In this document: piece by piece, positions 1 through 8,644 of the stretch
How positions within the stretch are numbered: position 1 is the first letter of the stretch
How the letters are laid out: each line of letters starts with the position of its first letter
Assembly (NCBI GenBank): GCA_049570475.1
Contig: CP186953.1
Location: 1,216,001-1,280,000, forward strand
Source of the DNA: Candidatus Methanosuratincola verstraetei
GTDB taxonomy: Archaea; Thermoproteota; Methanomethylicia; Methanomethylicales; Methanomethylicaceae
Reading direction: 5' to 3'
DNA: 64,000 nucleotides
Notes under the pieces: model-generated
Database searches by the model: none
Told to the model about the DNA's origin: nothing
Seen by the model: the letters and a program-made list of their open reading frames with translations, nothing else
Position numbers and translations under genes: made by a program

Positions 1-45
1 TAAATCTTTTAAATGGCAGATTATCATTTGTGGTCAGTGAGGCGT

Positions 46-1293
46 ATGCAACTCCGCTCTCTCCCGTTCTACACGATGGACGACTTCAATTTTGATGGCA
101 AGAAGGTCCTGCTCAGGGTTGACATAAATTCGCCGATTGATCCTAAGACAGGCAATATCCTCGACGACACCCGGATAAGGAGCCACGCCCAGACAGTGAA
201 GGAGCTGATCAAGCTCGGGGCATCGGTAGCCATACTCGCTCACCAGGGGAGGCCTGGCGACAGCGACTTCACAATGCTGGGGGCGCATTCGATCATACTC
301 TCGAGGCACCTCGGGATGGAAGTCAACTATGTGGAGGATCTCTTCGGGCCATATGCAAGGTCGCAGATCTCATCGATGAAGCCCGGCGAGGTCCTCTTGC
401 TTGAGAACACGCGTTTCTACTCCGAGGAGAACATCGAGAAGGTCCCCGAGGCGCAGGCCAAGACCTTCCTCGTGAAGATCCTCAGCCCGCTCTTCTCCGT
501 CTACGTGAACGACGCGTTCGCGACCGCCCACCGATCCCACCCTTCTCTTGTGGGTTTCCCGATGGTCATGCCTTCGGCGGGCGGCAGGCTGCTCCAGAGG
601 GAGGTCGAGATACTGAGCAGCCTCTTCGAGCCCTCCTCGAAGCCCTGCATATTCGTGCTGGGCGGGGGCAAGGTCCCTGACTCGGTCCAGCTGATGGAGA
701 CCCTCCTCCCCAAGGGGCTCGCCGACAAGGTCCTGCTGACTGGGCTCATATCCCACCTCTTCCTCATCGCCCAGGGTAAGCGCGTAGGCAAGGCGACGAC
801 CAAGATCATGGAGGGGAAGGGGCTCAATGCGCTGCTGCCCCGCGCAGAGGCGCTGCTGAAGAAGTACGGGGACATGATTCTGACCCCTGTGGACATCGCA
901 TACCTCAAGGGTGATGCGCGCGTCGAGGCCCCGCTCGACCGCATTCCGGACGATTCGCCCATCTACGACATCGGCGAGTCAACGATCTCGATGTATTCGG
1001 CGCTGCTGAGGGATGCAAAGACCGTCATAATGAGGGGTCCTGCGGGCTACATCGAGGATCCGAGGTTTGCCCGCGGATCTGAGGGTCTCCTGCAGGCGCT
1101 GGTGAGCAGCAGGGCGGTCTCCCTCCTGGGCGGCGGGCACCTCAGGGCGATCTCCGAGAGGCTCGGCATCGCAGAAAAGATTGGCTACTTCAGCACAGGG
1201 GGCGGAGCCTTCATCACTTTCCTCTCCGGGGAGAAGCTCCCCGCATTGGAAGTCTTAATAGCATCCAAGCAGAAGTTTAACTCGGACAAGTGA
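46..1293 (+). CDS. pgk: Phosphoglycerate kinase
   Basis: Motifs LLRVDINSP, AHQGRPG, LLENTRF, NDAFATAHRSHPS, STGGGA. ATG at 46 follows a GTGAGG RBS-like site (ORF track starts at 13). Confidence 0.96.
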   Translation: MQLRSLPFYTMDDFNFDGKKVLLRVDINSPIDPKTGNILDDTRIRSHAQTVKELIKLGASVAILAHQGRPGDSDFTMLGAHSIILSRHLGMEVNYVEDLFGPYARSQISSMKPGEVLLLENTRFYSEENIEKVPEAQAKTFLVKILSPLFSVYVNDAFATAHRSHPSLVGFPMVMPSAGGRLLQREVEILSSLFEPSSKPCIFVLGGGKVPDSVQLMETLLPKGLADKVLLTGLISHLFLIAQGKRVGKATTKIMEGKGLNALLPRAEALLKKYGDMILTPVDIAYLKGDARVEAPLDRIPDDSPIYDIGESTISMYSALLRDAKTVIMRGPAGYIEDPRFARGSEGLLQALVSSRAVSLLGGGHLRAISERLGIAEKIGYFSTGGGAFITFLSGEKLPALEVLIASKQKFNSDK

Positions 1294-1309
1294 TTTGGGG
1301 GGCAATGCA

Positions 1310-2332
1310 ATGAAGGTAAGGGTAGGTATAAACGGATACGGAACAATCGGGAAGCGGGTTGCGGATGCAGTACTTATGCAGAGGGACATGATCCTGGCTG
1401 GGGTCACCAAGACCAAGCCGAACTTCGAGGCAAGGATGGCAAGGCAGAAGGGGATAAAGGTCTACGCCGCGTCCGCAGAGAAGCTGCAGGCATTCAAGGA
1501 CGCCGGCATGGATGTCCAAGGGACTCTGGAGGATCTCCTCAATGAGGTCGACGTGATAGTCGACTGCACCCCGGGTAAGGTCGGGGCGACCTACAAGCCC
1601 CTGTACGAGAAGCACAAGGTCAAGGCGATATTCCAGGGGGGCGAGAAGCACGAAGTGGCGGGCTTCTCGTTCAACGCGGCCTGCAACTACAAGGAGGCCC
1701 TCGGCAGGGATTTCGTGAGGGTGGTCTCCTGCAACACCACAGGGCTCTGCAGGTCCCTCTACTCGATGGACACCGCATTCGGCATCAAGAAAGCCAGGGT
1801 GGTCCTGATCAGGAGGGGGGCTGACCCATCGGAGGACAAGAAGGGCCCTATAAACAGCATCCTCCCTGACCCTGTGAGCATCCCGTCGCACCACGGCCCG
1901 GACGTCCAGAAGGTCCTGCCCAAGATCGACATAACGACCTCGGCTTTCGCCGTCCCCACCACCCTGATGCATGTCCACTGGCTCAACCTGGAGCTGCAGA
2001 AAGAGGCAGCGGAGCCGGAGATCCTCTCCGCTCTCTCGAAGTACCCGCGGATAAGGCTGGTCTCGGCTTCCGACGGGATCGACTCGACTGCCCAGGTGAT
2101 AGAGTACGCTAGGGACCTGGGGAGGCGCAGATACGACATGCCCGAGCTCATAATCTTCAAGGAGTCGATCAAGTCCTTCGGAAGGGAGGTCTACCTGACA
2201 CAGGCGGTCCACCAGGAGTCGATAGTCGTCCCGGAAAACATCGACGCCATAAGGGCAATGACCAACCTCTGCGGTACTGCCGAGGAGTCGATGAGGATGA
2301 CGGACGAGAGCCTGGGGCTGGGGGGAACCTGA
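1310..2332 (+). CDS. gap: Archaeal type II glyceraldehyde-3-phosphate dehydrogenase
   Basis: GINGYGTIGKRVADA, catalytic VVSCNTTGL, PSHHGPDV, HQESIVVPENIDAIRA. Confidence 0.96.
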   Translation: MKVRVGINGYGTIGKRVADAVLMQRDMILAGVTKTKPNFEARMARQKGIKVYAASAEKLQAFKDAGMDVQGTLEDLLNEVDVIVDCTPGKVGATYKPLYEKHKVKAIFQGGEKHEVAGFSFNAACNYKEALGRDFVRVVSCNTTGLCRSLYSMDTAFGIKKARVVLIRRGADPSEDKKGPINSILPDPVSIPSHHGPDVQKVLPKIDITTSAFAVPTTLMHVHWLNLELQKEAAEPEILSALSKYPRIRLVSASDGIDSTAQVIEYARDLGRRRYDMPELIIFKESIKSFGREVYLTQAVHQESIVVPENIDAIRAMTNLCGTAEESMRMTDESLGLGGT

Positions 2333-2336
2333 GGCC

Positions 2337-2759
2337 TTGTTCAAGAAGATCCTGATACCGATCGACGGTTCCCCAGCCTCGCTGAGGGCCCTCGACCTAG
2401 CGATCGAGTTCGCGATGAAGGACGGATCGAAGCTGACCCTCATCCATGTGGTAAGCCCTACCCCCGTCTGCAGCAAGCCGGCTGTGATAGATGAGATGAA
2501 GAGCATCGGGAACTCTGTCCTAGAGGCTGCTGCTGCCAAGTGCGATGGCTTCGGGATCTCCGCAAAGAAGGTTCTCAAGGTCGCGGAGGGCAACCAGACC
2601 TCGACCGCCTACGAGATCTTCAGGGAGGCTGTGGACGGAAACTACGACTGCGTGATCATAGGGTCCAGGGGATACTCCGGGGGGATGGGGATCCTGATGG
2701 GTAGCGTCGCGATCTCGGTGGCGCTCAGCCTGCCCTGCACAACAATAATCGTCAGGTAG
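2337..2759 (+). CDS. Universal stress protein (UspA family)
   Basis: FKKILIPIDGS N-terminus and IIGSRG...MGSVA C-terminal motif. Confidence 0.9.
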   Translation: MFKKILIPIDGSPASLRALDLAIEFAMKDGSKLTLIHVVSPTPVCSKPAVIDEMKSIGNSVLEAAAAKCDGFGISAKKVLKVAEGNQTSTAYEIFREAVDGNYDCVIIGSRGYSGGMGILMGSVAISVALSLPCTTIIVR

Positions 2760-2821
2760 AATCCACGATCAGCTGTGCGGCTGGGTTAAGTTGGATCGAT
2801 CGGATGGTCTGGTGAGGCTGC

Positions 2822-4222
2822 TTGCAGGGGAAGATCTCATTCGGGACTGACGGGTGGCGCTCCAGGCTGGACAGCGGCTTCACAGCCGAGAACGTCCGGC
2901 GGGTCGCTTTTGCCATAGCGGATCATATACTTGAATCCGGATCGACCGGGAGGGGTGTGTTCATAGGCTACGACGGGAGGGCTCACTCGAAGGGGTTTGC
3001 CGAGGAGTGCGCCCGCGTGCTCGCATCAAAGGGGATCCCCTCCTACCTCCCCCCCGGACCATTGCCGACGCCGGTCGCCGCATTCTCTGCTGTCAGGTAC
3101 TCGCTCGCCGGGTCCATAATGATTACTGCCTCGCACAACCCCCCCGAGTACAATGGCATAAAGTTCATACCCGAATACGGCGGCCCTGCGATGCCCGATG
3201 TCACGAATGGGATAGAGAGCCGCATACCCGCCGAGCCCCCCGCCGTTACCGAAGCCGCAAGCAGCGGCCTGATCTCCGAGCTCGACCCCTATGAGGACTA
3301 CCTCCGGCACCTGCGTGGGCTGGTCAAGTGCGATCTATCCGGTCTCCGCATCGTCCTTGATCCGATGCACGGCGCCACAGCGGGGTACGCGAGCAGGATC
3401 TTCTCCGAGATGGGGGCGGAAGTGGAGGCTGTGAGGGGCAAGATCGACCCATTGTTCGGGGGGACGATCCCCGATCCCACGCCCGAGAACCTCTCTGGGC
3501 TAAGGTCGAAGGTGATCGCGTCTGGATCAGACATGGGGATCGCATTCGACGGCGACGGGGACCGGATCGCCGCCGTCACAAGGGACGGGGTTTTCCTGGC
3601 GGTCAACCAGCTCCTCCCCATCCTCTACCTCCACATGATGGAGCGGAGGTCGATGGTCGGGGACGCCGCGAGGACGGTCGCGACGAGCCACTTGGTGGAC
3701 AGGGTCGCGGACGACCACGGACAAAAGGTGATCGAGGTGCCGGTAGGCTTCAAGTATATCGGCGTGCTGCTCAGGGAGAATGCGGTCGTCATCGGCGGGG
3801 AGGAGAGCGGCGGCATGAGCTTCTTGAACCACATCCCCGAGAAGGACGGCATAGCCTCCGCCGCCATCCTAATGGAAGCGGTCAAGTCATCAGGCCAAAG
3901 CCTGGGCGGCCTATATAATGGGCTGATCTCCAAGTACGGGCGCCTTTGCTCAGCCAGGCTGGACCTCCGCGCCTCATTCGGGGGCGACATCATGCGCCTC
4001 ATCGAGGGCGAAGCCGCAGCCAAGCGCGAGATCCTCCGCAGGAGGGTGGCTGGGGTGAACAGGAAGGACGGCATCAAGATCATGCTCGAGGACGGGTCCT
4101 GGATCCTCTTCAGGAAGTCTGGCACAGAGAACGTAGTGAGGATCTACGCAGAGTCTGGCGAGGATGCCCTCACGGCGGATCTCCTCTCGTACGGGAAATC
4201 CCTGGTTTTTAGTTTCATATGA
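2822..4222 (+). CDS. Phosphoglucomutase/phosphomannomutase family protein
   Basis: FGTDGWR, phosphoserine loop TASHNP, metal loop DGDGDR, GEESGG, RKSGTE. Confidence 0.93.
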   Translation: MQGKISFGTDGWRSRLDSGFTAENVRRVAFAIADHILESGSTGRGVFIGYDGRAHSKGFAEECARVLASKGIPSYLPPGPLPTPVAAFSAVRYSLAGSIMITASHNPPEYNGIKFIPEYGGPAMPDVTNGIESRIPAEPPAVTEAASSGLISELDPYEDYLRHLRGLVKCDLSGLRIVLDPMHGATAGYASRIFSEMGAEVEAVRGKIDPLFGGTIPDPTPENLSGLRSKVIASGSDMGIAFDGDGDRIAAVTRDGVFLAVNQLLPILYLHMMERRSMVGDAARTVATSHLVDRVADDHGQKVIEVPVGFKYIGVLLRENAVVIGGEESGGMSFLNHIPEKDGIASAAILMEAVKSSGQSLGGLYNGLISKYGRLCSARLDLRASFGGDIMRLIEGEAAAKREILRRRVAGVNRKDGIKIMLEDGSWILFRKSGTENVVRIYAESGEDALTADLLSYGKSLVFSFI

Positions 4223-4271
4223 AACGGAAATTTTAAATTTGATCACGCGAAGCACCTACCGGTGCTTCTTT

Positions 4272-5318
4272 GTGAAAAGATCGACCAAAGCATTGATCTT
4301 TGCAGTAATGGCGATAGTCGTCGCCTCCTCGGCAGGCATGCTCCTTGCGGGGGGTTACCTGAATGGCTCCTCCGGCGTGAAGATAGTCGACATGTCGGGA
4401 AGGGTCGTCCAGCTGAACTCGACCGCCAACAGGGTCGTGATCTTGGAGTCATACTGGACCGAGATCGCCTGCGCCCTCGGCGCCCAGGACAAGATAGTGG
4501 GCATCGGGAGCTACGTGACATCATCTGTCTTCATACCCGACTCGGTCAAGAACAAGACCGTCGTCGGCAATGTCTTCTCGGGAGTCAACATTGAGACTGT
4601 CCTCTCCCTCAAGCCTGACCTGGTGATAATGGACTACGGGTACGGCAAGTCAGAGGAGATCGTGAGGGCGCTCGAGGGGGCCGGGGTGCCTGCCGTCACC
4701 CTCTTCGCAAAGAACTTCGCCGACATCGCGAACGCGACAGTGATCATAGGGCAGGCGCTCGGTAAGCAAGACCGGGCGCAGGCCCTCGCGGGCTACATCA
4801 ACGGGATCCACTCCCAGCTGATGGCCAACGCCAGCAGGATACCTGTTGCCGAGAGGCCGCGCGTGCTGATCTGCAACCTCGACGTCTGGAAGGACGGGCT
4901 GATCTACACATACTCAAACACGAGCTGGGGCAACGTGGTCGTGGACGTCGGCGGGATCAACGTCGCCCACGCGGGCTTCGGGGACAAGTCGTGGGTCAAG
5001 GTGAACATGGAGCAGGTCCTCCTTTGGGACCCTGACATCATCGTGATTGTCGGGAGGACCCAGTCTGCACTCGCCTCCCAGATCAGCTCGATGAACGACA
5101 CCAACTGGCTCAGCCTCCGAGCCGTCAGGGAGGGCAAGGTCTACCCTGTGCTCACCGGCTCTTATGACCGGAACAGCTACCTCGACTGGACCCCTAGGAT
5201 GGTCGCCGGCGAGCTCCAGCTGGCTTCAATCATACAGCCTGCACACTTCGCCTCCGTCAACTGGACGTCCGTCAGGGACCAGCTCATGGACGGGTACTAC
5301 GGTTACCTGAAAAGCTGA
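4272..5318 (+). CDS. ABC transporter substrate-binding protein, iron-chelate/cobalamin type
   Basis: N-terminal hydrophobic anchor, DMSGRVV, NIETVLSLKPDLVI, VNMEQVLLWDPDII, LRAVREGKVY. GTG at 4272 is the likelier start than 4164. Confidence 0.88.
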   Translation: MKRSTKALIFAVMAIVVASSAGMLLAGGYLNGSSGVKIVDMSGRVVQLNSTANRVVILESYWTEIACALGAQDKIVGIGSYVTSSVFIPDSVKNKTVVGNVFSGVNIETVLSLKPDLVIMDYGYGKSEEIVRALEGAGVPAVTLFAKNFADIANATVIIGQALGKQDRAQALAGYINGIHSQLMANASRIPVAERPRVLICNLDVWKDGLIYTYSNTSWGNVVVDVGGINVAHAGFGDKSWVKVNMEQVLLWDPDIIVIVGRTQSALASQISSMNDTNWLSLRAVREGKVYPVLTGSYDRNSYLDWTPRMVAGELQLASIIQPAHFASVNWTSVRDQLMDGYYGYLKS

Positions 5319-5363
5319 TAAGCACCCCCTTTTCCCCTTTCTTCATACCTTGAGTGGTTCCAA

Positions 5364-6383
5364 ATGCAAAAAAAGAGGATACTTATCTCCGCGCTGCTTC
5401 TGCTCCCGCTGCCCGTGCTAGTGACATCCCTCTTCGTGGGCATCTACTCGATCGACCCTTTCACCGTGCTAAGCATTCTCGCAAAGCGCGTCTCAGACCC
5501 GCTGGGGTCGGCGCCCTGGCCGGAGGTGTACGAGACGATCGTCTTCAACATCCGCATGCCAAGGGTCCTCCTCGCCCTGGTGGGGGGGATCGCCCTCTCA
5601 GTCTCCGGCGCCTCGCTCCAGGGAGTCTTCAGGAACCCGCTCGTCGACACCTACATCCTGGGGGTCTCGGCGGGCGCAGGGCTCGGCGCAGCGATCGGGA
5701 TCGCCTACTTCGCGGGGATCCCCGGATCAGTCCAGTTCCTCTCCTTCGCGATGGGATTCGCCGCCTTCTTCACGACCTACACCGTCGCCAAGAGCAAGGG
5801 CGAGACCCCGGTCATATCCCTCGTCCTCGCGGGCGTGATAGTGACCGCGCTCTTCTCGGCGCTCCTCTCCATAATCAAGTTCTTCACCGAGTCGGAGAAG
5901 CTCGCTGGCGTTGTGTATTGGATGATGGGGAGCCTCGCGGTGACAGGTTGGGGGCCGCTCAGCCAGACCGCCCCCCTGATCCTGGTTGGGTTCGCGATCG
6001 TCTTCCTCATGCGGTGGAGGATAAACGTGCTCTCCATGGGGGACGAGGAGGCGAAGGCCCTCGGGGTAAACGTGGGGAGGGACAGGTTTGTCGTGCTGCT
6101 TGCTTCGACGCTCATGGTCTCCGCCTTCGTCTCCGTTGCTGGCATAATCGGCTGGATAGGCCTCGTCGTACCGCACACGGTGAGGATGCTCTTGGGCACC
6201 CCTGACAACAGGGTCGTCGTGCCCGTTTCCGCCAGCCTCGGGGCGGTCTTCCTGATGGTCGCGGACGACCTGGCGCGCTCGGTAGCCTCGTTCGAGCTCC
6301 CGGTCGGGGTGATCACCACCCTGGTCGGGGCCCCGTTCTTCCTCTACCTGCTCAAGCTGAGGGGGGGATCTGCATGGAAGTAG
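5364..6383 (+). CDS. ABC transporter permease, FecCD/BtuC family
   Basis: IRMPRVL, QGVFRNPLVD..LGVSAGA, GDEEAKALGVN, GIIGWIGLVVPH, ELPVGVIT. Confidence 0.93.
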   Translation: MQKKRILISALLLLPLPVLVTSLFVGIYSIDPFTVLSILAKRVSDPLGSAPWPEVYETIVFNIRMPRVLLALVGGIALSVSGASLQGVFRNPLVDTYILGVSAGAGLGAAIGIAYFAGIPGSVQFLSFAMGFAAFFTTYTVAKSKGETPVISLVLAGVIVTALFSALLSIIKFFTESEKLAGVVYWMMGSLAVTGWGPLSQTAPLILVGFAIVFLMRWRINVLSMGDEEAKALGVNVGRDRFVVLLASTLMVSAFVSVAGIIGWIGLVVPHTVRMLLGTPDNRVVVPVSASLGAVFLMVADDLARSVASFELPVGVITTLVGAPFFLYLLKLRGGSAWK

Positions 6384-7144
6384 TCCGGATCTCTGGGCTC
6401 GAGTTCTCTTACGGCGACCTATTCTCCGTGAGTGCAGACTCGCTATCCGTCGGGGGCGGCGAGGTCCTCACGCTCCTGGGCCCAAACGGTTCGGGCAAGA
6501 CGACCCTGCTCAAGTGCATCAACGCGCTCCTGAAGCCTTGCTCCGGATCAATCGAAATCTGCGGCAGGGACATCCTTAGCTACACCAGGAACGAGCTATC
6601 GAGGGCTATCGGCTACGTCCCCCAGTCGCACACCCCTTCCTTCCCCTTCTCGGTGCTGGACGTTGTCCTGATGGGGAGGGTCTCGTACCTGAGCATCTTC
6701 CAGCAGCCCTCGAAGGCTGACTACAGGAAAGCTGAGGAGGCGCTCTCGACCGTCGGAATCTCGGCCATGCGCGACCGTCCATACACGAACATCAGCGGTG
6801 GCGAGAGGCAGCTCGTGCTGATCGCCCGGGCGATAGCGCAGGAGCCGAAGCTCCTCCTACTCGACGAGCCGACCGCCCACCTCGACTTCCGGAACCAGGT
6901 CACGACGCTCGAGACCGTCAGGAGGCTCTCAAGGGAGAGGGGAATCGGGGTTGTGATGAGCCTCCACGACCCGAACCACGCACTGATGTACTCCGACCGC
7001 ATAGCCTTGATGAAAGGCGGGAGGATCCTGCACAAGGGGCGCCCTGGGGACGTTGTCAACGAGGGTACGATCGAGGAGGTCTACGGGATCCCAGTCGAGA
7101 TGATCGATCACAACGGGAGGAAGTTCATACTCCCGCGGGTCTGA
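6374..7144 (+). CDS. ABC transporter ATP-binding protein, FecE/BtuD type
   Basis: Walker A GPNGSGKT, ISGGERQ, LLLDEPTAHLD, HDPNHA. Overlaps the permease. Confidence 0.93.
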   Translation: MEVVRISGLEFSYGDLFSVSADSLSVGGGEVLTLLGPNGSGKTTLLKCINALLKPCSGSIEICGRDILSYTRNELSRAIGYVPQSHTPSFPFSVLDVVLMGRVSYLSIFQQPSKADYRKAEEALSTVGISAMRDRPYTNISGGERQLVLIARAIAQEPKLLLLDEPTAHLDFRNQVTTLETVRRLSRERGIGVVMSLHDPNHALMYSDRIALMKGGRILHKGRPGDVVNEGTIEEVYGIPVEMIDHNGRKFILPRV

Positions 7145-7331
7145 TCGGCTTTCATTGCCCTTTCCGGTCTACTTTCCTCTGCTTGTCTCATTCAGGCGAC
7201 TTCCTGATGACGGCCCTTGCATTTTTGACATTTCGAAGATCGCGCGATATCCAAAAAAAGATAAGCCACCAGAAGATAAAAAACAATTGTTTGTTCTCCG
7301 CATGGACAAATCACATGGCGTGGATGATCAC

Positions 7332-7949
7332 ATGGCGTCTGAGAGGCGTAAGACTTTCGTGGCCCGCGAGGATCTGCTCAAGGCAATAAGCGAGATCGCA
7401 AGGGAGAATGGCAAGAGCCTGTACGAGACCGTCAACGAGATCTTCGAATCGGCAATCTTGTTCCAAAAGGCTGGCGTGAGGATGGGCACGGCGCTAGAGG
7501 AATGCGGCAAAATGAGGGTCGCGAAGGAGGCCGGTTACATACTCTGCCTCGAGAACCTCTGGTCGGAGATCAACGAGGTCGCCTACAGGGCATCGCCAGC
7601 GGATGCAGCCGCTGCCTGGAAGCATGCCGGCGTCTGGTTCGGGAGGAAGCATGCCGCAAACCAGCCCGGCGAATGCTTCGAATCGATAAAGAGGGAGCTC
7701 GAATTCTCTCTGTGGAATGTCTCCGAATTCTCGATGGAGTGGGGGGCGGAGGGCGATGATGTGGAGATACAGGTGATAGCCCCCCGCTTCTCAAAGGTGA
7801 CTTCCGATCTGCTCGCATGCTTCCTGGAGGGTATGCTCTCGGCGATCGGGATGAGTTTGGTGCACAGGGAATCTGGGTGCGGGTTCATCAGGGTGGGGGG
7901 GAGGCGCCAAGAGGCTCAAAACCGGGGTGTTCCTGTTGAAAAATCCTGA
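7332..7949 (+). CDS. Hypothetical protein with N-terminal ribbon-helix-helix-like domain and possible V4R-like C-domain
   Basis: RRKTFVAREDLLKAISEIARENGKSLYETVNEIFE fits the RHH strand-helix-G-x-S-helix pattern. Paralogous to the next ORF. Start uncertain (7302 or 7332). Confidence 0.6.
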   Translation: MASERRKTFVAREDLLKAISEIARENGKSLYETVNEIFESAILFQKAGVRMGTALEECGKMRVAKEAGYILCLENLWSEINEVAYRASPADAAAAWKHAGVWFGRKHAANQPGECFESIKRELEFSLWNVSEFSMEWGAEGDDVEIQVIAPRFSKVTSDLLACFLEGMLSAIGMSLVHRESGCGFIRVGGRRQEAQNRGVPVEKS

Positions 7950-8508
7950 GAAGAAGGGCAAGAAGCTAGTCTACATCTCGGAGGGCATCCTTGACGAGGT
8001 TGCAGCGATCTCCAAGAAGAAGGGCGAGTCGATCACCAGATACATAGAGGATCTGCTGGAGCAGGCAGTGAGGATTGACCGCCTTGGCTTCCGATCCGAG
8101 GGGCTGGCCGATCTCTTGGAGGTGATCCATGTCCTTCGTGTGCTCGGCGCCAATTTCGTCCCGCTGGATGTTGCCAACTCTGCCATTGAAGACGAGGGCG
8201 ATGCTGGGCTCTCGGAAAAGTGGTACGAGAGCGGCAGGCTCTACGGGCGCTACATCCGTGATCGGTTCAAGGATCCGGTTGGCGTGCTGGGGCTGATGCT
8301 CCGCGTGATGAGGTGGGACCTGAACGAGGTTGCAGCCGCACAGGATGGGCACTTCGCCACAGTCAGGTGCGTCTCGACGAGCCTCACGGGCCCTGGCGCG
8401 TCCTCGCTGTCAAAGTTCATCGAGGGCGCGATGCATGGGATGGGATACCGCACCGAGAAGATCGAGTCGATGAAGGGCATGGTGATCGGATCTTTCAGGA
8501 CTGAATAG
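7927..8508 (+). CDS. Hypothetical RHH-like protein, paralog of the upstream gene
   Basis: KKLVYISEGILDEVAAISKKKGESITRYIEDLLEQA RHH pattern. Shares W..G..(F/Y)G, W(N/D) and F(L/I)EG....G motifs with the upstream ORF. Confidence 0.62.
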   Translation: MFLLKNPEKKGKKLVYISEGILDEVAAISKKKGESITRYIEDLLEQAVRIDRLGFRSEGLADLLEVIHVLRVLGANFVPLDVANSAIEDEGDAGLSEKWYESGRLYGRYIRDRFKDPVGVLGLMLRVMRWDLNEVAAAQDGHFATVRCVSTSLTGPGASSLSKFIEGAMHGMGYRTEKIESMKGMVIGSFRTE

Positions 8509-8516
8509 CCCCCAAT

Positions 8517-8600
8517 ATGTGCACATTTTACTGATCCATTAGTATTTTGTATACATATTCAGGTATATACTGTTTAGAGTTCACATAACCTATATATATA
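8517..8600 (+). promoter_or_regulatory. Promoter region of the surface-protein gene with three phased GTNNACAT boxes and a TATA element
   Basis: GTGCACAT at 8519, GTATACAT at 8549, GTTCACAT at 8579. TATATATATA at 8591-8600. AGGTGA RBS before ATG 8645. Confidence 0.55.
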
Positions 8601-8644
8601 GTCACCAGGATACTTTTCTTCACGAAAAATAAGGTGAATAAAAA

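Noticed and set aside
1277-2593. 438-aa minus-strand ORF and many other long antisense or alternate-frame ORFs (e.g. 18579-19262, 42156-42923, 50381-51277, 59542-60396)
   Set aside because: They overlap well-supported genes and lack motifs. Such shadow ORFs are expected in high-GC3 coding DNA.
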